Shown here: positions 12,772-25,228 of the stretch, piece by piece | Layout: each line of letters opens with the position of its first letter | Position numbering within the stretch: the stretch's first letter is position 1 | The notes under the pieces: model-generated | Database searches by the model: none | What the model saw: the letters and a program-made list of their open reading frames with translations, nothing else | Told to the model about the DNA's origin: nothing | Source of the DNA: Octopus vulgaris | Lineage: Eukaryota | NCBI GenBank assembly: GCA_951406725.2 | Contig: OX597823.1 | Span: 68,138,001 to 68,202,000 of the forward strand | Length of the DNA: 64,000 bases | Reading direction: 5' to 3' | Program-made: the position numbers and the translations under genes

Positions 12772-13827
12772 GTTTTGCCTTTTCTTTATACAAGCAACAT
12801 CTAAGTCTCAACCAGAAACATGAAGGGACAATAAGATTTTACATCTAAAGATGGTAACAGGTATGTAATTAAAAAAAAGATATCTGAGTGTAAAAAAAAA
12901 AAAAACTAAAAATATCATTCACCATCATTCTTATTGACTGAGGAGAATTGGTAGTTGTTATTTCTACTTTCTGATTTGAAATAAACCACACTGGTATATA
13001 TTGCTTTCGTCACTTCTAGATTGATTATTTTCTATAAAATACTAGGATTAAGTAATACTACTACATTCTTTCTAATAAGTTAGCTTTGTTTTTGGCACAG
13101 CAAATTATTATTGTTGTTGTTAATTGTCACATAACCAACTTCTTAAGTAAACAGGTTTCATTTCCTGGTTTTGCATTCTGATCAAGCAGTACAGTTGTTT
13201 AAGGCATTTTTATTTATGGTTGTCTTAGAAAAGATAGTATTATATAATTGTAGAACCAAAGTTACAATATAGTCACCAAATAAGAAATGTCAAATGACAT
13301 ACACCAGATACATTTTGGCCTGTTGCAAATGTACAGATAACATTTGGGTGCTGAAGGCTTGTACAGTATACTTTTTCTTTAATCTTCTATTAGCTTTCAA
13401 TACTTGCAAGATTCCACATGTCAAATGATAAAATAAAATGTGACAAAACACTGGGAAAAAAATAAGAAAATATCCTCAAAGCATTCAGTGAAAGTAGATA
13501 GTTACTAATTTCAGTTTGAATGAAATAGTTATTATATCTAGATGTTATTTCTCATCTCGGTTTCCTTTTATCCAATTGGTGTGGTTATTCTGTCTTCTTT
13601 ATAATAGTGGTTTGGCTTCCTGTCAGTTTCTCTCCCAAATTGTGATTTCCTTGAATTTACTTGTCAGTTTGGATATCCTGTTTCCTTGTAGATAGAATTC
13701 TTAGATTCTAACAAAAGTGTACGTGCACGCGCACACAGAGAATGTATTGGTGATTAGGTATCAATTATTTCCATTAATTTATTTACAATTGAAACTATGA
13801 AAAGAGAATTTGTTTGTTGTTTTAAAT

Positions 13828-14082
13828 CAGTGGTTCACAAAGTGGGTGGCACTGCCCCTTTTGGGGGCAGTGGAAAGACCCAGGGGCATGTTGAAGAAAA
13901 GTGGAACAATAATGGGGTAGCTTAATTCAAGAACATTAAAAAAATGTATTTTAACTTTAATACCTGATATTATATTGTCTGTAAGCAAAGAAAACTATTA
14001 ATAACTATTTGATATGGACCCTAAGATTTGTTGTGAAGGGTAGATGAAAAATTTATTATCAGAAGTACGATTGAGAATTGTT
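13828..14082. mobile_element. hAT/Charlie-like MITE
   Basis: Left end CAGTGGTTCACAAAGTGGG and degenerate right end ..ttgagaattg. A similar left end lies at 22638. Confidence 0.5.
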
Positions 14083-15409
14083 TAACAGTATAAGCTGAAA
14101 TGGATTCTTAGCCATGGCTGCTGAAGCTGGATTCTTTGTAACTACAGCTCATCATGCTGTGAGTATTGTCAATGAAATTGGTGTCTATTCTAACAATCCT
14201 TGATCAGGACAGTGAGAAAATTACTGAAAGGATGGACCAATTCAAGCAAATTAGCTAGTGAAGAAAATCTTTATAAGAGATGAATGCAATAACTATACTG
14301 AGAAGTAACGTTTATTGCCACTTAAACATGGCTGTTCCATAGAAACTGATGTTACTGCTATTTTTAACCCCAGGAAGACGCCTCCTCTAGCAGGTTATTT
14401 GATGTAATCTGCACCTAATGTGGACCAATTCATTCAGTTTATATTTTGAACGATATTTGACAATCACAATCATATGGGTGCCACAGCCTAACATGTCTGG
14501 GTCTGTAGGTTGTGTTGCATGGAAAAAATAGTACAGGTCTCGGAAAAATCAACATGCTTGCATTCAATTTTCTCAGGAGCATAAGAACCGGATGGTTTGT
14601 CAAAAATCTTGTGGAATGAGTAGCAATTAAATTTATTTGGCTCTGACAGATATTTGATGACAATGGTATGGTTGTTTTTTTTCCTTAATATGTAAGTGGT
14701 GCCGTTTCACTTTAAAACAAGAGTATAGAGATGATTTTGTGTTTATTTTTCATCATAAACTTATGCATGATAGGAGCAATGTCCTGGTTTGGGGCTGCTA
14801 ATCTTCTGTAAGTCCCAAAAATTTGGATCAGTTATGGGCTTTTCAGCATACTAGAAGAGTGATGAAGATAGTCATCAAAAGTAAGAAAGAATTTTAATCC
14901 AATACGGAAATAAATATTTAGTAAAATAAATCTGGTAAACTGAGTTAATCGTATGATTATATGTGTAGTTAAAAAAATGGTAAGAAATTCCAGATTATAT
15001 GATCATCAAACATAGATGCAATGCTTTCTGGATGTGATTCTGTTTTCAGAAATTTCAGATACCTGACTGAGAACTAGTGTCCTGATTTTACTATTCTTGA
15101 TCTTTAATGAACACTTCTCATTTTTATGAAGAAATAATGAATTTTAATGTTTTAAATAATGTGATTTTCATTTTCATGCTCCATTGATACTATCAATAAT
15201 TGCATTAGGTTGTTTTAAACTTTTAGTGTCTAAAATTGTATCATTTAAAAAAGTCAAAATTTCTCCTTCTCTCCATATAGCATGAATTATAAGCGATGTA
15301 ATACCTGAAATAATGGTTAATTTTTAGTGCACACTTTGTCTTTGATTTTATCGACTCCAGTATTATATATATATATATACACACACATATATATATATAT
15401 ATAGATAAA

Positions 15410-15880
15410 CTTACTTGGAAAGGAATGCGTGGTGTTCAATCATATAATAATATAAATAAAGTGTATACATACATATATGTACATACATACATACATATAT
15501 GTACATACATACATACATATATATATATGCATACATGAGTACAGGATGTCACAAAACGTAACCAACATGAAATATGAACATAAACTTGGGTATGGGAACA
15601 ACGAGAGAAACAACTAGAAAACAAGACAAGTAACATCAGTCGTCGGTTGTCCATCTACTCCTCATTTTGAGCAATTAACGACAATATGAGGCTTCGAAAG
15701 TCAGTTGCTTTTGTGAACCAAAATAAAATTTGGGATTTGTGGAGGGTCAAAGTTGGTAACAAAAACAGGGCAGTGGAGAGATACAACAAACCAAATGTAA
15801 ACAAGCATGGAGGGCCGTTAGGCCAGACGTGGAAAAGTAGTCAATGCTGGAGAAATATTGTCTTTGAGAGATGCCCTGTA
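15410..15880 (-). mobile_element. Interspersed repeat (possibly a Penelope-like terminal repeat) in (TA)n
   Basis: A second partial copy lies at about 405-680. It has an internal microsatellite and is flanked by TA tracts. Confidence 0.55.
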
Positions 15881-15951
15881 CTTTTATATGCATATATATA
15901 TGTACCTAAATATATATGTATATATATGTGACATATATATGTATATATATA

Positions 15952-16328
15952 GGCGCAGGAGTGGCTGTGTGGTAAGTAGCTTGCTTACAAACCACATGGT
16001 TCCGAGTTCAGTCTCACTGCGTGGTACCTTGGGTAAATGTCTTCTAATAGCCTCGGGTTGACCAAAGCCTTGTGAGTGGATTTAGTGGATGGAAACTGAA
16101 AGAAGCCCGTCATGTATATGTATCTATATATGTGTGTGTGTGTTTGTGTTTGCCCCCCCCCCCCAACATCGCTTGACAACTGATGCTGGTGTGTTTACGT
16201 CCCCGTAACTTAGCAGTTCGGCAAAAGAGACCAATAGAATAAGTACTAGGCTTACAAAGAATCAAGTCCTGGGGTCGATTTCTTTGACTAAAGTCAAATG
16301 ACTGAAACAAGTAAAAGAGTAAAGAGAG
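15952..16328 (+). mobile_element. tRNA-derived SINE, family A (octopus OR-type)
   Basis: Head ggcgcaggagtggctgtgtggtaag with A/B-box-like sequence, ccttggg..agtgtcttct, internal microsatellite, tail gaaacaagtaaaagagt. Confidence 0.9.
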
Positions 16329-17341
16329 AGTATATATATATACAGATATATATACATATATATATACACACACACATGCATAATTGTCCTTTGGTATACC
16401 TGTTAGATAAGGTTCTGCAAATCATTGTAATTAGTGAAAATGTGTAAAAGAAGGGAGTTACAATTTCTATTGATCTTATCCACTAAAATAACAGCAAAAT
16501 TTGAACAATTATTTATTGACAAGTGATAAAAATATGATTGTAATACATACCTACATCCATACATACATACATACATATACATACATATGTACATAATATA
16601 TATGTATACATACATATATAATACAAGTATTTACATATACACATACACACACATAATACATACATACATGTACACACACATGTGTGTGTATGCATGTATT
16701 CATGCTCATGCTGGCATCAGTGTAAGAAGCATTTTGCTGTTCATGTGGTGTCACTGTGTCCCATAACAAATGACTTGACAAAAAGAAATCGATTAAATGA
16801 GTACAAGCCTGGAATAAGTAATGTAGTTGATATCATTGGCTTAAGCCATTCAGAACTAATGTAGGCAAAATAGTCTTCCAGCATGCATTTATGTACGATG
16901 TGTGTTTTGATCTTATTGTGAGATCCTATATTAGCACTCATATTTCCTTTGATTCCTTTAATGGTTCCAGTAATTGTTTTGCAGTTTTTACCAAACCTTT
17001 TCCACTTTGAAGTGAATTTAATATTGTAATTTCCATTTTTTTGTTTTCTATCTGAAACTATTATTCAATCTTGAAAATATTTAACAAAATATAAGAAAAT
17101 AACTGACAGGTACTACTGTAGCGCATAGTCTAGCTCACTCTCAGTCAATTAAAATGGAAGCAAAAATGAAAGGAAAATGAAAAACCAATATGGAAATGCA
17201 TGGTATTTTGGCTGATATACCTAAACAAAAAGAAGAAAAAACCCAAAGTAAAAAAAACAAAACTGTGCAAACTGAGGGACAGTTGTGTGTGAATGTGTGT
17301 GGTATGTGTAAGTATGTGCATATATATAAATGTGTGTGTGT

Positions 17342-17382
<41 letters not shown>

Positions 17383-17492
17383 GTATATATATATTGATAT
17401 TTTGCTTAAGTATAGCAAGACTAATAACCTGGTGTAGAACTCAATATACACATGGTCCAAAACACAATGTATATAGACACACACATATACAT

Positions 17493-17523
<31 letters not shown>

Positions 17524-17711
17524 TAGAGTATAGAGTGGTAAAAGGAACAAAAAGGGACTCAACTAACAGTTAACAACATTTTATAGCAGAAATAGTTGTA
17601 AGCTATGAAGTTCGTTACATAACTTTTGTTTTTTCTGGTATCATTCTTTTGTTCTTATTACCACTTTATAATCCTTTCTCTCTCTCTCTCTTTCTATCTC
17701 CCCGCCCCCCG

Positions 17712-17754
<43 letters not shown>

Positions 17755-17756
<2 letters not shown>

Positions 17757-18135
17757 CTTTTATTTTTACTTGTTTCAGTCATTTGACTGTGGTCTTGTTG
17801 CGTCATTGCTTTGAAGGTTCTTAATTAAACAAATCAACCTCATGACACTTTTTTAAAGCCTATTACTTATTCTATCAGCAAATTTATCGAACCGCTAAGT
17901 TACAGGGATGTAAACACACCAACACCAGTTGTCAAGCAGTAGTGAGGGGATAAACACAGACACACACATATATATGACAGGCTTCTTTCAGTTTCTGTCA
18001 ACCTATTCCACTGACAAGGCTTTGGTTGACCCAAGACTACAGCAGAAGACACTTACCCAAGGTGCTATGCTGTGGGACTGAATCTGGTACCATGTGGTTG
18101 GGAAGCAAGTCTCTTACCATACAGCCACACTTGTG

Positions 18136-18137
<2 letters not shown>
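17755..18137 (-). mobile_element. SINE family A
   Basis: Reverse complement of 31028-31454. Confidence 0.88.
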
Positions 18138-18169
<32 letters not shown>

Positions 18170-19464
18170 TGTATGTATGCATGTATGTATATGTGTGTGT
18201 GTGTGTATATGTAGATATGCGGAGAGAGAGAAAGAAAGGAGGAGAGAGAATAAGAATAAGAATTGTCAAAATGGTATATAATTGTCACAGACATCTAGTG
18301 CTCAGACAAGACTAGATGCATAGGATCTAATGATAAATGAAGAGAAACGGAATCCAGACAAACAAGAGTTAGCAATATGTTTTGATGCCATCAACAACTA
18401 TCTATCCATTTTTTAATGTCTAATTTATATGAATTAAATAAAATAATGCTATAATTATAAGTAAAACTATTCTTTTCTTGTATTAAAGAAACTAATGTCT
18501 GCTAAACATACTGTTTAAAAAAAGGTGATTGAGTTATATGAAATATCTATTAAGAGTTTCCCTAACATTGGCATGTCTTTTAAAACTGGGGAAATTTACT
18601 GAAATATCTTTATGTTCTGCTTTGTCATTTCCTTATCCATGGTGCTATCACTGTTGCCATCCGCATTGTCATTGTCATCATCAGGCAGGATGATGAAATG
18701 ACAGAAGCAACAATCATTGGATTAATTGCCTTATAATATTTGGTTTCCTTCCTCTATATCCTGAATTCAAACTAATGAGAATAGAAATAGTTTATACAAG
18801 TGTTCTTAGATAATCATATCTGACTGTAGCCATCTATGACCTTCAGCATACGTTCAACTATGATCACCATCTACAACAGTACTAATTTCACTTTGGCACA
18901 ATTGTTTTGACAATTTTGTTAATTTCGGTTGGACATTTCATACTACCTACAGTTAACCAATTTAACAGGCGGTAGTCAAGGACCTAGTATACACTGTTGA
19001 ACACATACTCTCAAAATCAAGAGACTAGAAGTCAACTACACAATTACCACCAAATGTTTATAATATACTCGACTACAAGAAAACTCCAAATAGGAAACTT
19101 CCAAGATGTAAATCTGAAGAAGAATACTCTATTAAAAAAATCACTTGAAAGGCATATTAGATGAAAACCAAGCCTTTTTTGATGGAGATAATATGGTTAC
19201 AAGACCAATCTAAATCAATAATCAATCACAGAATGGGGACATGGGGTGTCTTACATTGGGAGAACAAATCCATATGATTTACTCTACCAAAGAACATGAA
19301 AGATTAATGAGCTTGTATTTAGCCTCAAAGTCATCAAGGAATTCATTGTTTAGGTTAGTCATGCTAGCCAGCCATTATCATGAATATTACAGCTAGCAGA
19401 ATGAAGAAACAGCCTCTTTGTGATCTACTGTTTCAAAATGTTTTAGCTGCCTAATTAAAGTAAT

Positions 19465-19667
19465 TTAACCCTCTGTCAAATATAATAATTTACACTGTTT
19501 TTGATTAATCATGCATTACCTCATAGTTTTGAAATTTTGATGATGAGATTGTTTATTTTTGAATGACATTGTCAGATAGGTGTAAGAGGCCAAATCCGAC
19601 CAGTTTGAACATAAAACACGTAGAATATTTGGGCTGGATATGGTTGGTTTAAATGCTAAAAGATTAA
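19465..19667. mobile_element. piggyBac-type MITE B
   Basis: TTAAccct...aatgctaaaagaTTAA. Homologous to 30830-30990 in reverse. Confidence 0.7.
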
Positions 19668-19929
19668 CAAGCAAAAAGAAGAAAACAGTGAAGTAATGTT
19701 AGTAATAATGGTACAACCACTTGGAGTTAACCTATTGTTTGAAAGTTATACTGAGCAAGATATTTCAAAATATGAAGATTTCTTAGGCATTTTGATCCTA
19801 TCATCTAAACCTGTTAATTAGTATGGTGAAATTTATAAGTCATAATCTTTTAGAATAAGTAATCATTTGATTTCAATATGATTCATAATAATATGCCTTG
19901 ACTGCACATTCATAGTAGAAAACCAGTTT

Positions 19930-20415
19930 TCAGCATGATCTTCAAACTTTGGGCTTCACAGAGGCAATGATTTGTGACTGAGACCTTTGTCAATATGCTG
20001 TGCATGAGGAGACTGGTCAGGTCAAGTGAAATCATAATCGAAGCTGATGCTGGCATCACATAACTGGCACTCATGCTGGTGGAATGTAAAAAGCATCTTT
20101 TGAGTGTTGGGCTTCACGGAGGCAATGACGAATGACTGAGACTTTTGGCATTATGTTGTGCTTGAGAAGAAGACCCATCAAGCCAAGTAAAATCACAGTC
20201 ACAGTAGATACTGGTGTCATGCAAATGGTTCTTATGCTGGTGGCATGTATATATACCCATTACACTCTCAGAATTGTTGGTGTTACAAAGGGCACCCAGC
20301 TGTAGAAACCATGCCAAATCAGATTGGGGTCTGGTGCAGCCTTCCAGCTTGCTAGCTCTGGTTAAACCATCCAACCTATGCCAACATAGACAACTGATGT
20401 TAAATGATGATGATT
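19930..20415 (+). mobile_element. RTE LINE 3' UTR fragment
   Basis: gggcttcacagaggcaatga, ccagctgtagaaacc and a (GAT)n tail. Confidence 0.75.
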
Positions 20416-20982
20416 GTCAAATGTTAAGGTGATTGCAGATGAATGTTACTATGAATCTGTGATATCTATAATTCTACTAGCTGGCACCATGCCATCAAAA
20501 CTGACGGCTAATTATAATATCTTATAAATAAATAATTTACAAAACAAGGTACATAATAAACACAGATACAAACATTCACATACTTCCCTTGTACATGCAC
20601 ACACATATATTCAAACAGAGTTGAAATGCTGTTTGATTTTTCTTTTCAGTGTTGAATGTTCACCATCCCATTTCTATTGCACACACACACACACACATTC
20701 ACATACCTTCCTTCTACATACACACACATATACTCATACAGAGTTGAAATGCTGATTTTTTTCACCCATTCCTTCGTCATTCATCTATCACCCCTTCCTT
20801 TCTCATTCGTGTGATGGAGAAAAACGGAAGATACATGACATGCTCTTTGCCACTTCCTTTCTCTCACTCTTTCTTAGTCAGGGCTATTACTCTCCCTACT
20901 TCTCCTTCACTGAATTACTATTTTCTCTCCTCTCCCTTCACTTACACCACTATTTCTCCTACTCCATGATTTTGGACAAATA

Positions 20983-21018
<36 letters not shown>

Positions 21019-21349
21019 AGCCACAAATATATAAAAACACTATGCTCATTATCATATTAGGAGATCATTTATACAATTATCTGCTATTTAAGAAAAAAAG
21101 AAACCAAATGAATATAAAGCAGTTAAGTAATATTATTAGTGATAATAAGGATAACCATTAATAAATTAGTTTGAATTTATTCATCATATATTTTGTTCTC
21201 TTTGCTTCCTGTAGTTAGTTTTAACTATGAAGTCAAAGTTATTGAATAGATCAAATCTTCTCAGACCTGAGTCTCTGTGTCTAACTTTATTCTCCATCTG
21301 AGCTCCTGAGCAAAAAAATTATTAGTTTTGTACACAGCTCAAGAATAAT

Positions 21350-21930
21350 GACTGCTAATGGGCAGAATAAAACTAACAAGCAGAACGAAAAACTAATGGG
21401 CAGAATAAAAACAAAAATTCAGGGGAATAACAATAATAGATTTACCTCTTGACTATTGTATTTGTAAGGCAAACTAACGGACGGAATCACAAAAAAATTC
21501 AGGAGCAAAACAATAATAGGCTTATCACTTGATTACCATATTTTTTCACCCAAATAACTACTTTCCTCATCATTTTCACCAGTTTGATTGTCTGAATCAC
21601 TCTCATTGTCTGCACAAGAGTAAACTTGTCATCCAAAAAATAAATATCCTTAATAATTTTCTCGACTGTAAAGAGTTTAGGCCTTGCTCATTTACCAGAT
21701 GAAATACATGCTTGTTTCATCACAGAAAACCCATTTGTTTTTCGATCAAAAACGAAAACAACCATCAATATGACACACCATTAACAATGAGTTATAAACA
21801 CACTTGCCTACAAAGCTACAATATGATCGCTTATCTATTTTTAGTATTTTATCTTCATTTTCCACATGTGCTGTTCCTTGCTACTTCAACGGAAATCCGG
21901 TAGAGATTACATTTAGGCTATTCTCACTAT
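21350..21930 (-). mobile_element. Possible piggyBac-like non-autonomous remnant with subterminal repeats
   Basis: Minus-strand acidic N-terminus-like remnant (ARPKLFTVEKII...ADNESDSDNQTGENDEES) and an imperfect ~80-bp duplication at 21390-21545. Confidence 0.35.
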
Positions 21931-22761
21931 ACTGAGAACACAACACAATAGGGTTAAGATATTTACCTGAACAATAATGACATGATGTCAATGATAATAA
22001 TAGTAGCTTTAGTAGGTTTTAATTTTCTCTCCAAATATAAAGGTAGCTGATTATATTTTCTGTTAGTTCTTTCTATATGCTTCTTTATGAGACTCCTCTA
22101 TCAATTTTATAGCTATGCATTTTTATTTCCTTGGCAACTGGATTTGCATTTGTGAATAACTCTTGACAGCTTTGTATTCAGCCATGAAGTTAGCATGCTT
22201 TTACTTCATATTCTTGTTATGTATTCAGGGAAATATTAATACACCATTCTTAGCAAGAACTTTATATTATATCAAATCGTTTGCAATCATGAATTAACAT
22301 CATATCAAAATAACCCATTTTCCTCCATAATCGAGGAAAATTTTGCTGGAATTTAATATAGACAACGGAAATAAAAGGCTTAGACTGAAAAAAAAAAGCA
22401 AAGTAGCAATAACAATTTTTTTAAGGATATATGAAAACTTCTTATATTCAAGCCTTTGTATAAAATGTAAAATGGTTCAAATGCGTATCATAAATTGCTG
22501 GTAGATTATATTTAACATGGACCCAATGAAAATAGTAAGTAATTAATATCACTGCATTATGTAGTACAGCATTCATTTTCTTAAATTTCTATTTACAAAA
22601 TTTCCCTGTATAATTTTAGATTTTAAATGATCTAAAGCAGTGGTTCCTAACCTGGTGGTCCACAAAGGCAGCACTGAGGTCTGTGAACTAAATTCAAAAT
22701 TATATATGATATTATTATTTAAAGGTCACAATACATGTATTAAAACTAATAGTTTCATATA

Positions 22762-23390
22762 CTCTTTACTCTCTCTTTTACTCTTTTACTTGTTTCAGTC
22801 ATTTGACTGCGGCCATGCTGGAGCACTGCCTTTAGTCGAGCAAATCGACCCCGGGTCTTATTCTTTGTAAGTCTAGTACTTATTCTACCGGTCTCTTTTG
22901 CCGAACTGCTAAGTTACGGGGGTGTAAACATACCAGCATCGGTTGTCAAGTGATGTTGGAGGGATAAACAGACACACAAACATACACACACACACACACA
23001 TATATATATATATTCCGTTATTACCATATCGGTAAGTATTTCATTTATTTCTTTGCTGCATTTATCACTGACGAAGAGAAGGTTCTTATGAATTAACTCT
23101 GAAATCGGGTTCGATATAGTAATAACGTGTGCTTATAGTGATGAATTATATGGTTATGGATGATGTGTCTAGTTTCGGCATATTTGGCATTAGAAATTTT
23201 TTTCTTTTGCCCTTGTTTATATATATATATATATGACGGGCTTCTTTTCAGTTTCCGTCTACCAAATCCACTCACAATGCTATAGTCGACCAGAGGCTAT
23301 AGTAGAAAACACTTGCCCAAGGTGCCACACAGTGGGACTGAACCCGGAACCATGTGGTTTGTCAGCAAGCTACATACCACACAGCCAATT
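22762..23390 (-). mobile_element. SINE family A interrupted by a ~200-bp hammerhead-bearing insert
   Basis: SINE tail half at 22762-23010 and head half at 23220-23390. Confidence 0.88.
23062..23122 (+). ncRNA. Type I hammerhead ribozyme motif (near-intact)
   Basis: CTGACGA at 23068-23074; stem II AGAG/CTCT; GAAA at 23101-23104; stem III TCG-GGTT-CGA; predicted cleavage after AUA (23116); stem I with 5 of 6 pairs. Confidence 0.7.
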
Positions 23391-23892
23391 CTGCATCTAT
23401 ATGTTGAGAGAACTCAAACATATTCTTCAGGTGCAAACCTCATATCATAACGAACTTAAAAATTGAATAAATAGAAGAAATGCAATGAAGCTAAGAAGGC
23501 AGCATATAGAAAATGCAGACAGTAAACAAGAGAAAATGGAAAATGAAACTAAAGTGTCAAAAGGTAAAAAGTGCTATCCTCCTTAGGCCTTTAATAATAA
23601 GGCTGAAAAGATATCAAGCTTGATAAAGCTATTGAATTTGTTAATTCATATGTTGAAGTTGTCCCTATAGAGCTAGACTTTATCAGGCATGTTCACTAAA
23701 CGATTAGCATGGGTAAAAAAGTTGCATAGTGATGAACTATTTGATGTAACTTAGCAGTTTGGTAAATAGAATAAATACAAGGCTATAAAAAAATAAAAGT
23801 ACTGGGGTCGATACATTCGCCTAGAAATTCTTCAACGAGGTGCCCCAGCATGGCTGCAGTCTGATGACTGAATCAAGTAAAAGTTAAAAGAT

Positions 23893-24380
23893 AAGGAATA
23901 TTGCTGGAACATTCCCATCAACACTTATACCAGGATGACAACCTGGATATAGTTGCTTGGGAAAGATAAAATAATGTATGAACCATCATAAAAGTCACCT
24001 ACCCTGCTAATGTAAAGATGTCTTTGAAAATCAAAGAAAAAAAAGATAGCCATAGGTAACTGCTTCAAAGCCACCATAATCTTTACTTAGATTATAAATT
24101 CACATCTATACAAATAATAATTGGTGCACTTGGTTTTATTACTAAATGTGTTAGAGACAATTTGAGAGAGCTAAGGTTTCCAGAAAAGTTAGGGTTTTCA
24201 GAAAACCAGCCAATATACACCTAACAAATACAGTCTGTAATTGGAGCAGTCAAAAGATGCAAAACTTTTCTCAAGTTAAAAATGTGACATTGATTTTGTT
24301 ATTTAGATTGCAACAATGGAGCTTTGTGTCTCTATTAGAAACCAGCACCTTCCTTATAGGAAGACTTCAAATGATTAATT
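23893..24380 (+). mobile_element. 3' fragment of the same R4/Dong-like family
   Basis: Similar to 43165-43650 (ggaacattcccatcaa, ataataattggtgcacttgg, atggagctttgt, tagaaaccagc). Confidence 0.75.
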
Positions 24381-24480
24381 AACACAGAAGAGAGCATACA
24401 TGCATGCTTACACAAGCATACATATATACTTACATACATACATTACATACGTACGTACCTATGTATGTATGTATGTATGT

Positions 24481-25030
24481 CAGGTCACCTTTGAGTACTA
24501 CTGGTAACATGTAACCCAGTACAACCTGCTGCATGGTCGGGTCATTGGTGACTAAACCGGCAACCCCACCAAGCTTGCTTGGTGAGGAGGGTGTTTGTTG
24601 GACACCCTGTGGGATGAAAAACAGAATCTGTCAAAGGGCGGAGGAACTCTTGAGAGTCAACGGCCATCCAATAAATGTCTTAAGACTATATCATGCGCGG
24701 GGACATAGAAATAATTGGACTGAATACGCGATTGCGCAGTTAAACCATTGGGAGTGAAGGACTCCTAGCCTTTGTTAGGGCATCCTTCTAGGAGAAGGTA
24801 ACTCAGGTAACTGGGATAACTCCAACATAAAACCTGCGGCTCAGTGGTTACCGATGATGTTGACTTGTTCTTCTTTTCGGATTATGGCTACTGTTGCTTA
24901 GTGAGTGGGATTGACTCAGTGCACAGCCTATCCTCACTTAAAAAAAATCTTCTTGCACAGGCATTGCATGATAACAACATTGATTAAGCTTCATGCAATG
25001 GCCATACTCGATAACGAGGGGGCAGCCACC
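24481..25030 (+). mobile_element. Non-autonomous ~550-bp element resembling an RTE 5' UTR, in (TATG)n
   Basis: Contains agggcatccttctaggagaaggtaactc (RTE 5'UTR-like motif) and several hairpins. Flanked by (TATG)n. Confidence 0.55.
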
Positions 25031-25116
25031 ATGTATGTCTGTACATACGTATACATGCATGTATATGTATATATGAATATATATATGTATGTACAGATAA
25101 TGTATATACATATGTG

Positions 25117-25189
<73 letters not shown>

Positions 25190-25228
25190 ATATAATTACT
25201 CACACACGTGTGATATATATATATATAT

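Noticed and set aside
15175-15310. Minus-strand acceptor followed by a 43-codon frame (ITSLIIHAIWREGEILTFLN...)
   Set aside because: It does not match the expected L27 exon and may be an eroded Penelope RT remnant. Unsupported.
18830-19340. Possible decayed retroelement ORF (also 12770-13400 and 14480-14900)
   Set aside because: Only vague motif resemblance, so it cannot be classified by eye.
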